This document shows positions 50,232 to 60,214 of a stretch of 64,000 bases of DNA, in pieces. The notes beneath the pieces are model-generated. The model was given only the letters and a program-made list of their open reading frames with translations. It was not told the DNA's origin and did no database searches. The first letter of the stretch is position 1; every line of letters starts with the position of its first letter. Made by a program: the position numbers and the translations under genes. The DNA comes from Antechinus flavipes (taxonomy: Eukaryota): positions 612,870,001 through 612,934,000 of the forward strand of contig NC_067400.1 of NCBI RefSeq assembly GCF_016432865.1, read 5' to 3'.

Positions 50232-51616
50232 ATGATGCTTCCTCAGGCTCTCCCGCTACTGCTTTCTGCCCTGATGTCAGGGACGATTTCGAAGTCCCTG
50301 GCCCCGACTCTCAGTAATCTTCCCCCCGAGAGGAGCTGCCAGATCAGCCACTTCAAGTTTCTTTCACCTCGGGAGATGGAAACTTTCAAGGTGGCCAAGG
50401 ATGCCTACGTAAGTTCCTGGCGGGCTTTTTGTACTCCTGCCCTCGCACTTCCCGGGGGTCTAACTTCGATCTCTTTTACTGTGCTCCAATACTCATCTCT
50501 TGCACTTAGGTCTAATCTTCATCCTTCCTTCTTGAGCTCTGTCCTTTTCTCTGTTTCTAACCTCCATCTTACATCGCAAGGACCTAGAAGGGTCACAAGC
50601 CTTTAATGTCTTCCTCTTCATCCCCTCAAGGAGAAGACCATGCTTCAGACGGAGAGGAAATGTAGCTCCAGATTCTTCCACAGAAGCTGGGACCTTCGGC
50701 AGCTGCAGGTAAGAAGGGGCGCTCCCCACCTGTCAGTCGCACATCACCTTTCTCCAAAATCTGTCGTATCCCCATTTCTTTTCCCCAATCTCCTCTCACC
50801 TGTCAGTCCCTCATCACCTTTCTCCAAAATCTGTCGCATCCCTATTTCTCTCCCCCTTCTGTCGGTGCTCCCCCGTCTCTTCCCCTGTCCCCTTCATCAG
50901 CCTCTCCCTCACAACGCCTCTCATCTCTCCCCTCACAGCTGTCAGTTCGGCCCGTGGTCTTACAGGCTGAGCTGAAATTGACTCTGGAGGTCTTGAAAGC
51001 CGTAACCAAGCCGGAGTTGGACAGCGTTCTGGCTCAGCCCCTACAAACGCTCAGCCACATCCACCAAGAGATCCAAAGCTGTGTGAGTACCGGAGGGTGG
51101 GCGGGGCTCCCCTGGACCAATGGGCATGGAGCTGTTCCCTGTCTCTCAGGTGCCTGGGTCCCTTGCAGTGAGGCTGAGGGGATGCAATACCTGGAATCTC
51201 CTCCTCCCCCTGCCACATCCATCAAATGCCTGGGTCCCCTTCCTTTTATTAAGTCCACCCTCTCCCTACACAGGTTACTTCCAGGCTCTCTAAAGAACAC
51301 AGGCCTCCAGGCCGCCTGAATAATTGGTTGAACAAGCTCAGTGAGGCTAGAAAGGTGAGTTAGAAAAGCTTCAGATCTACTGATGGCACCGGGGGATGGA
51401 AAGGAGGAGTCAGAGGGGACCCCAGAGTCTGGGCAGCAAGAGACTCTGTCTCCCTCTGAGGGAGGAACAAGGATTCAGGATTCCCCAGAGAACCCTTATC
51501 CCTGTGTCTCTTCTTTTTAGGAGGCTCACAATTGCCTAGAAGCATCCATTATGCTCAATCTCTTAGGAATCCTGACCAGAGACCTCCGATGTGTAGCCTC
51601 TGGGGACCTATGTTGA
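50232..51616 (+). CDS. Interferon lambda, IFNL3-like, copy A, 191 aa
   Basis: join(50232-50408,50631-50708,50939-51082,51274-51354,51521-51616), all phase 0 GT-AG. MMLPQALPLLLSALMSG...SCQISHFKFLSPREMETFKVAKDAY/EKTMLQTERKCSSRFFHRSWDLRQLQ/LSVRPVVLQAELKLTLEVL...HQEIQSC/VTSRLSKEHRPPGRLNNWLNKLSEARK/EAHNCLEASIMLNLLGILTRDLRCVASGDLC*. Six Cys, consistent with the three-disulfide IFN-lambda2/3 pattern. One-to-one orthology to human IFNL1/2/3 is not resolvable. Confidence 0.95.
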
Positions 51617-51659
51617 AGATTCAGACCCACCCTGAGATCTCAGAGTGGACTTTTGCACT

Positions 51660-51783
51660 CCAAACTTTATTTATGGACCAACACCCTTCTAATTTATTTA
51701 CTCCATGCCCAACACTCACATACTTTATATGCCAGAGGACAGTTTTATACTTTTGTATTTGTTTCTATATTTTGTTAAATAAA
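51660..51783 (+). terminator. Copy A 3'UTR AU-rich elements and poly(A) signal
   Basis: ATTTA motifs ~51668 and ATTTATTTA ~51692-51700; AATAAA 51778-51783 followed by a long GT-rich tract. Confidence 0.75.
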
Positions 51784-53239
51784 TAAGAAAACGCAAAAAT
51801 ATTGAAATCTTCTCTGTCATTTTGTAGTTGTTTTCTGTGTGACTGTGGCTATAAGCAAGTGTGGTTGTGTGTTTCTATGTGTAGTTGTGAGAAGGTGAGA
51901 TTGAGGATTTGTGAGCACAGTTGTGGGTTTGTGTGTGTAATTGTAGATCTGTGTTTAACTGTAAACAGGTAGGGTTGTGGATTTTGAATGCAATTATGGG
52001 TTTGTGTATATGGTCAGAGGGCTTTGTGTGGTTGTGAGCAGGTGGGATTGAGACTGTCTATGTGTGTGTGTAGTTGTAGGTTTGTGTATGGCTGTGAGCT
52101 GGTGGGATTATGGGTTTGTATGTGTGGGTATAAGTGGGACTGTAGGATGTGTGCATTGACCTGGATATCCGTGTGGCTGCAGTCTGGGTCTCCTTTGACC
52201 TCGCTTGTGGGCTCCACTTTGCTGGGAAGGTAGTACCTGGGCTGGAAAATTAGATTGCATTTAATAGGGACTCTAGTCAATCAATCCTGCCTGACTCTGA
52301 GTGAGCCCCTTGGACATAGGTGATAGGGACCAGGAATCAGTGTACCCTCTTAGCGGAGCCAGCTGGATGCTGGGCTTGGGAGACCATTAGACATAAAGAG
52401 ATTTCTTGATTCAGCGTCCTCCCTTGAGAAAGAAGACAGTCCATGGAATTTGTGCATCTTGCCTCACTTGAAGAACAAAGACCCTATGGCATTTACACAC
52501 AAATTTGCTTTTTCCTCTTCCTCAATCAGAGCAATTGAAGATGGAGCATAAAATAAGGGGGGATGGGGCAGAAAACAGAGTAATGATCGAAATGATGATT
52601 AAATAACAAATTATTGCAGAGATTTCTGACCTTACCCAAAATTTGGGCTACCTATCCTGTCTAGGGGGAGCTGTTTGCCCATTCAAGTAGGAAAACCTTT
52701 CCAAGAGATTCTAGTCCCAAGAAATGAAGTCTTCTGTGTTTTAGCCTGCCAAGACTGAGGAGAGGCAGGCAGAACCCTTTTGTCAAGACTGCCCTAGGTA
52801 GGGATAGTTTGGATAACAGTAAAATCCCTTTGTCTAAGACTGAGTTATCCAATCAAGTTCCCCCATTCTCTTATTAGAATAAGCCCACCTCTCATATAAT
52901 ATTCATTCTCATTAACCTATCAGAGTTATTGCCATCCTTAAGAACAACTACTCTTCCAAGTATATGTATGAGCATTTAATTATGCCAATTGAAAAAGTCT
53001 TACCAGGTCTCTTCTCCCTTTCTTTCCCCACAGGAAGTAGAGGGAGAATAAAAGTGTAACCTATATGGAAGCAAAGATAAACTCTCATGAATATATTTTC
53101 TATTGTTATATATGTTTCTCGAAATGAAAATTTATTATATTTTGAATCTCTCAGATGTTCTGCTGGGCACATGATAATGTTTTTCCTTTTTACTTTCCTT
53201 TTTTCTCCTTTTCCTTTTTTTATGTTAAAATACATAATA

Positions 53240-54340
53240 AATCCTATATATATATATATATACATACACATATTTATACAGTTATCTTGTTGCACAAGTA
53301 AAATTAGATCAAGAAGGAGGAAAAAGAAAAACTGAGCAAGAAAACAAAATGCAAGCTAATAACAACAGAGAGAGTGAAAATGCTATGTTGTGGTCCACAC
53401 TTTGTTCCCACAATCCTCTCTCTAGTGTAGATGGATCTCTATAACACTGAACAAGCAGAACTGATTTGAATCATCTCATTGTTGAAGAGAGCCATGTCCA
53501 TCAGAATTGATCATCATATAGTCTTCTTGTTGCCATGTATAATGACCTCCTGGTTCTGCTCTTTTCACTCAGCATCAGTTCCTGTAAGTTTCTCCAGACC
53601 TCTCTGAAATCATCCTGCTGATCGTTTCTTATAGAACAATAGTATTCCATAAAATTCATATACCACAGTTTATTCAGCCATTCTCCAATTGATGGGCATT
53701 CACTCAATTTCCAGTTTCCTGCCACTATAAAGAGGGCTGCCACAAACATTTTTCCACATGTGGGTCCTTTTCCCTCTTTTAAGATCTTTTTTTTTTTAAG
53801 CATATAAGCCCAGTAATAACATTGCTTGATAAAAGGATATGCACAGTTTGATAACTTTTTGACCAGAGTTCCTAATTGCTCTCCAGAATGGTTGGATTTG
53901 TTCACAGTTCCAACAACACTGTATTAGTGTCCCAGTTTTCCCAGAGCCCCTCCAACATTCTTCATTATCTTTTCCTGTCATCTTGGCCAATCTAAGAGGT
54001 GTGTAGAGTTATCTCAGTGTTCTCTTAATTTGCTTTTCTCTAATCAATAGTGATTTGGAGCATCTTTTCCTGTGACTGCAAATAGTTTCAATTTCTTCAT
54101 CTGAGAATTGTCTATTCATATCCTTTGGCCATTTATCACTTGAACAACGGCTTGAACTATCATAAATTTGACTCAATTCTCTCTATATTTTAGAAATGAG
54201 GCCTTTGTCATATCCTTTGGATATAAAAATGTTTTCCCAGTTTATTGCTTCCCTTCTAATCTTGTCTGCATTCTTTTTAACATAATATAGTAAAAATTAT
54301 TTATTTTGTGATCAATGATGATCTCTAATTCTTTGGTCTT
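53240..54340 (-). mobile_element. L1 3' fragment inserted in the copy-A flank
   Basis: Minus-strand peptide MFVAALFIVAGNWKLSECPSIGEWLNKLWY; absent from the colinear copy at 43865-44270. Confidence 0.85.
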
Positions 54341-54681
54341 CTATCCTCTTTCTATTTTGTTTTTTTCTTATTTTGTACTCAGGGCAATAAAAAAGATCTG
54401 CTAGCAATAATCAAATTATTAATTACCCAGACGCTAAGTCTCTTGAACTTTTTATGTCATAATAAGAAGGTAATAAGACATCAACAGAGTAAAAGTGGTT
54501 GTATCCCTTTATCTCTTTCGGAAATATGAAAGGTCTCTGATTGAATTGGAAGGGGATCCAGGCATTGGGTACTTGAAAATTGGTCATGATTTTGGTGTCT
54601 CTGAGAAGACAAGCCTGCTGCATTGGATGAGAGATAAGCAGTTCTAGGAAAAGATTTGATTCCCAGTTTTGTGAATCATAG

Positions 54682-54694
54682 CACTTTCACTTCT
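54682..54694 (-). promoter_or_regulatory. PRDI-like IRF/PRDM1 element
   Basis: Minus strand reads AGAAGTGAAAGTG, matching the IFN-beta PRDI core as recalled. Confidence 0.45.
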
Positions 54695-55139
54695 ACCAGA
54701 GGAAAGGACAGGGCCATAGTGGAGGTGATGATTAATTTTTTTCCCTCCCCCCACCATCAAGCCATGATGTTTTGCAGAGGCACTATTAATACAGGAGGGT
54801 GTGCCGTAACCAATTCAAAATCTGGGTTAGCCCACAACTTCCTGGATTTCTTCTGGACTCAGTCTGTCTTCCACCATGAAATGGCCTTTTTCACTCTGTA
54901 AATGTCTCACAGTTAGTCAATAAGCATTTATTAAATGCCTACTACATTTCAGGCATTAAACCCTAGAAATTAAAAAGTAAAAGGTAAGGAACAATCATCT
55001 CTGATGGATGAATTCATCCCTGAATCTGTTTTTCAGGAAACACCAGTGCCAACAAGCTGATTTTATTTATTTGTTTTTAATAGTATTTTATTTTTTCCAA
55101 ATACATGCAAAGGTAGTTTTTAAAAATTAAAACATTTTA

Positions 55140-56600
55140 TTTTCCCCAAAGGGATCTTAAAGGAGGGAAAGGACCCACAGGTACCAAAATGTGTGTAGCA
55201 GCCCTTTTAGTAGTAGCAAAAAACTGGAGACTGAATGGATGCAATCAGTTGCAGAATGGCTGAATAAGTTATGGGATATGAGTGTTATGGAATATTATTG
55301 TTCTTTAAGAAATGCCCAGCAGGATGATTTCAAAGAGATCTGGAGAGACGTATGATGCTGAGTGAGGTGAGTAGAATTAGGAGATCATTTTATAGGACAA
55401 AAATGAGATTTTACAATGATCAATTCTGATGGACGTGGCTCTCTTCATCAACGAGATGACTCAGACCAGTTCCAATGATCTTGTGATGAAGAGAACCATC
55501 TGCGCTCTGAGAGAAGACTGTGTAGGAACTGAGTGTGGAACACAACATAGTATTTTGACTCTTTTTGTAACTGTTTGCTTGCATTTTATTTTCTTTCTTA
55601 ATTTTGTTCCTTTTTGATTTGATTTTTCTTGTGTGTGCAGCAAAGTAATTGTATAAGTATGTGTGCATATATTGGATTTAACGTATATCTTACCATGTTT
55701 AACATATATTAGATTACTTGCTATCTGGAGGAGGGGATGGAGGGAGAAGGGGAAAAATTGAAACACAAGATGTTTCAAGGGTTAATGTTGAAAAATAATC
55801 CATGCATATATTTTGAAATTTAAAAAGCTTTAATAAAAAACTTTTTATTTTCAAAATATATGCACATCTTTTCAACAATGAAGTAATTTGGGCCAGTTCC
55901 CATGATCTTGTGATAAAGAGAGCCATTTGTACTCAGAAAGAGGACTGTGGGAATTGAGTGTGGATCATAACATAGTGTTTTCCCTCTTTTTGTTGTCATT
56001 TGCTTGCATTTTGTTTTCTTTCTCATTCTTTTCCTTTTTGATCTGGTTTTTCTTGTGCAGTATGATCATTGTGGAAATAAGTAAAGAAAAATTAGACATG
56101 TTTAACATATATTGGATTGCTTGCTATCTAGGGGAAGGGGTAAGGAAAAGAAAGGGAAAAATATCTGAACATGAGTTTTTGCAAGGGTAAATGTTGAAAA
56201 TCATCTATGCATATGTTTTGGAAATAAAAAGCTTTAATAACAAAAGAAAATAATTAAAAGCATACATGCATAATTAGTTTTAATATTCACCCTTATAAAA
56301 TGCAAAGATAGCTTTCAACATTCACCTCTGTAAAATGTTGTCCAAATTTTACTTCTTGTCTTCCTCTCTACCCCCACCCCAAGAGAGTAAGCAATCTGAT
56401 ACAGGTTAAACATGAGCAATTCTTCTAAACGTATTTCCATATTTGTCATGCTATGCAAGAAAAAACAGATAACAAGGTAAAAAAAACTTGAGAAAAAATA
56501 AGCAAACAAACAATAACAATAATAAAAAGATGAAAATACTATGCTTCCTTCCATATTCAGTCTCCATAGTTCTCTCTCTGGATGCACATGACATTTTCCA
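55140..56600. mobile_element. Cluster of L1 3' fragments in both orientations
   Basis: Repeated L1 3'UTR motifs (GAGAGAAGACTGT...CAACATAGT...TTGCTTGCATTTT). Confidence 0.7.
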
Positions 56601-56859
56601 TCGCAAGTCTATCGGAACTGCCTGGATGCAAATCCCCAGTTCTTTCCAGATCTCTTAGTTGGAATACCTCCTGCCCACATTTTAATATACCTGGAGGAAA
56701 GAAGGAAAACTGTCAGTGGAAAACAAAGCAAGGGGAAGGGAGGAATGTATAGTAAGTCTAGAAAGGGAAGTAAACACTAGGTTAGGAAAGCCTTCAAACA
56801 AAGGATTTTTAAAAATTATAACTTTTTATTGACAGTACAAATGCATGGGTAATTTTTTA

Positions 56860-57488
56860 AAAAATTTTTATTTAATGATTACTTTATATTGACAACATTA
56901 TCCCTTGCACTCGTTTCTTTTCCGATTTTTTTTCCCTCCCTCCCTCCACCCCCTCCCCTAGATGGCAAGCAGTCCTTTATATGTTGGATATGTTGCAGTA
57001 TATCCTAGATACAATATATGTTTGCAGAACTGAACAGTTCTCTTGTTGCGCAGGGAAAATTGGTTTCAGAAGGTATAAATAACCCGGGAAGAAAAACAAA
57101 AATGCAGATAGTTCACATTCGTTTCCCAGTGTTGGTTCTTTGGGTGTAGCTGCTTTTGTCCGTCATTTATCAATTGAAACTTAGTTAGGTCTCTTTGTCA
57201 AAGAAATCCACTTCCATCAAAATATGTCCTCATACAATATCGTTGTCGAAGTGTATAATGATCTCCTGGTTCTGCTCATTTCACTTAGCATCAGTTCATG
57301 TAAGTCTCGCCAGTCCTCTCTGTATTCATCCTGCTGGTCATTTCTTACAGAACAATAATATTCCATAACATTCATATACCACAATTTGCCCAGCCATTCT
57401 CCAATTGATGGGCATCCATTCATTTTCCAGTTTCTAGCCACTACAAATAGGGCTGCTACAAACATTTTGGCACATACAGGTCCCTTTC
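56860..57488 (-). mobile_element. Young truncated L1 with 17-bp TSD
   Basis: GCATGGGTAATTTTTTA at 56843-56859 and 57489-57505; ORF2-tail peptide MRKGPVCAKMFVAALFVVARNWKMNGCPSIGEWLGKLWY. Confidence 0.9.
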
Positions 57489-57924
57489 GCATGGGTAATT
57501 TTTTACAACATTATCCCTTGCACTCACTTCAAGGTCCTCAAAGGTCCTCCTTTGATCCTGGAGGTAACAGGAAACCTCAGGTTCATTGTCCTCGTGCATA
57601 TTTTTTCCTTGATTCTCTTGTTTTAATCTGCCTCCATTCACTTAAATTGTCCCATGCTTTTCTATACTTATTATATTCATTGTTCTTATATAGCACTTAT
57701 AGTCCATTACATTCATGTACCACGTTATATTTAGCCATTCCATGATCAATGGAGAGGGACAATTGATAGAATACTTTGTTTGGAATCAGGAAGACTCATC
57801 ATAAATTCATTTTAAATAGCTACTGGATTTGTGACATCGAGCAACTCATTTACCTTGTTTGCCTTTGTTCATCTATAAAATGATCTGGAAAAGGAAATGA
57901 CAAACCGAGATCTTCACCAAGAAA

Positions 57925-58704
57925 AAAGCCCAAAATAGCATCAGAGAGAGTCAGAATGAAACAATTCAACAACAGTCAATGGACATTTATTTTGTTTCCA
58001 GTTTTTTCTACTTAAAAAAAAAGTTAAAAGTACCTAGATGGTACAGTGGTTAAAGTATGGGTCTTGGAGTCAGGACTTGAGTTCAAATGTGACCAGACAC
58101 TTAAGACTTCCTACCTGTGTGAACCTGGGCAAGTCACTTAACTCTAACTTCATGCAAAAAAAAATGTAATATTTTGGTGTATATAGATCCTTATTTCATA
58201 TCAATGAGCTTTCTGGGGTATAGGTCTAGCAATAGAATCTGGGTCAAAGAGCATGGACTAAAAGCTAAAAATCTTCTTCATTTGCATAAGACATAATTGC
58301 TTATTTAAATGCTTGTATTAATTCACAACTCCACCAACAATGCATTTATGTACTATACAGTACTTGTCCAAAAACTGACTTTTTCCAGTTTTTGTCATCG
58401 TTGACAATTCCCTGGTGAGGAGGTAAAACTTCAGAGATGTGTTGATTTGCCTTCCACTTATTAGTGATTTGAGGCATTTTCTTATGTGATTGTATTCGTT
58501 TGTAATTTTTCTTTTGAGAACTGGTCACAGTTCTAACAACTTTTGACCGCGAAATTGGGAATTGGGAATTGTCTATTAAAGTTAAGTTCACTAGAGGGGC
58601 CTTTGGTGAGCACAATCCATAGGCAGTTTTGTGAATCTGATGTAGTAGCCACTTCCTTCTCCACTCCCCAACCTTTATCCCCAGCCAGAGATTCATCCCG
58701 GTAC
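57925..58704 (+). repeat. Direct repeat X1 (~0.8 kb) upstream of IFNL copy B
   Basis: Colinear with 61624-62438 (SINE + old L1 + unique tail ending CCCCAGCCAGAGATTCATCC); offset ~3.7 kb. Confidence 0.92.
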
Positions 58705-58781
58705 CCGCCCTTTCAAGGTAAGAACCTTGCAGACACACCTGGCCCCGTCCGAGCCTTTCGCAGCGAGATTTTACGAATCTC

Positions 58782-58829
58782 TTTCCATTTTTCATACATC
58801 AGGGGAATCTCCGGCTTGGCCGCTTAAAA
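58782..58829 (+). promoter_or_regulatory. IFNL copy B promoter: IRF-like site, perfect kB site, TATA-like box
   Basis: TTTCCATTTTTC 58782-58793; GGGAATCTCC 58803-58812 fits GGGRNWYYCC; TTAAAA 58824-58829. Confidence 0.75.
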
Positions 58830-58883
58830 GTGCGGGGATGAAGCGGTCTCCTGAGACACTTGCAGCCTCATCTCTCCAAGGCC

Positions 58884-60214
58884 ATGATGCTTCGGCAGGC
58901 TCTCCCCTTGCTGCTTTCTGCCCTGATGTCAGGGGCGATGTCGAAGTCCCTGGCCCCGACTCCCAACAGCCTTCCCCCCGAGAGGAGCTGCCAGATGAGC
59001 CAGTTCAAGTCTCTTTCGCCTCGGGAGCTGGAAGCCTTCAAGGTGGCCCAGAATGCCTACGTAAGTTCCTGGAGGGCTTTTTGTACTCCACTCCTGCCAC
59101 CTCCCACTTCCCGGGAAAGGGGTGGGGGACGGGGGTGGGGTCTAACCTCGATCTCTTTTACTGTGCTCCAATACTCATCTCTGGCACTTAGGTCTAACGT
59201 TGATCCTTCCTTCTTGAGCTCTGTCCCTTTCTGTGTTTCTAACCTCCGTCCTACATCGCAAGGACCTAGAAGGGTCACAAGCCTTTAACGTCTTCCTCTT
59301 CATCCCCTCAAGGAGAAGACCATGCTTCAAACGGAGAGGAAATGTAGCTCCAGATTCTTCCACAGAAACTGGGACCTTCGGCAGCTGCCGGTAAGAAGGG
59401 GCGCTCCCCACCTGTCAGTCCCATATCACCTTTCTCCAAAATCTGTCGCATCTCCATTTCGCCCTTCTGTCGGTCCTCCCCCCGTCTCTTCCCCTGTCCC
59501 CTTCATCAGCCTCTCCCTCACAACGCCTCTCATCTCTCCCCTCACAGCTGTCAGTTCGGCCAGTGCTCTTAGAGGCTGAGCTGAAATTGACTCTGGAGGT
59601 CTTGAAAGCCGTAACCAAGCCGGAGTTGGACAGCGTTCTGGCTCAGCCCCTACAAACGCTCAGCCACATCCACCAAGAGATCCAAAGCTGTGTGAGTACC
59701 GGAGGGTGGGCGGGGCTTCCCTGGACCAATGGGTATGGAGCTGTTCCCTGTCTCTCAGGTGCCTGGTTCCTTTGCAGTGAGGCTGAGAGACTGCAATACC
59801 TGGATCTCTCCTCCCCCCACCCATCAAACGCCTGGGTTCCCTGCGCTTTTATCAAGTCCACTCTCTCCCTACACAGGTGACTTCCCAGCCCTCTAAAGAA
59901 CACAGGCTTCCAGGACGCCTGAAGAATTGGCTGAACAAATTCAGTGAGGCCAGAAAGGTAAGTTAGAAAAGCTTCAGATCTGCAACTAGCACCTGGGGAT
60001 CCAAGGGAGGAGTCAGAGGGGACCCCAGAGTCTGGGCAGCAAGAGACTCTGTCTCCCTCTGAGGGACTCAGGATTCCCCGGAGGACACTTACCCCTGTGT
60101 CTATTCTCTTCTCTTCAGGAGCCTCACAATTGCCTCGAAGCATCCATCATGCTCAATCTCTTCCGACTCTTGCTCCAAGACCTCCGATGTGTAGCCTATG
60201 GGGACCTATGTTGA
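58884..60214 (+). CDS. Interferon lambda, IFNL3-like, copy B, 191 aa
   Basis: join(58884-59060,59313-59390,59548-59691,59877-59957,60119-60214), all phase 0 GT-AG. ...SCQMSQFKSLSPRELEAFKVAQNAY/EKTMLQTERKCSSRFFHRNWDLRQLP/LSVRPVLLEAELKLTLEVL...QSC/VTSQPSKEHRLPGRLKNWLNKFSEARK/EPHNCLEASIMLNLFRLLLQDLRCVAYGDLC*. Confidence 0.95.

Noticed and set aside
50409-50606. Read-through of IFNL exon 1 into intron 1 (ORF-track 132/142-aa products)
   Set aside because: Strong TAC|GTAAGT donors exist in both copies and the spliced model matches the IFN-lambda family exon by exon.
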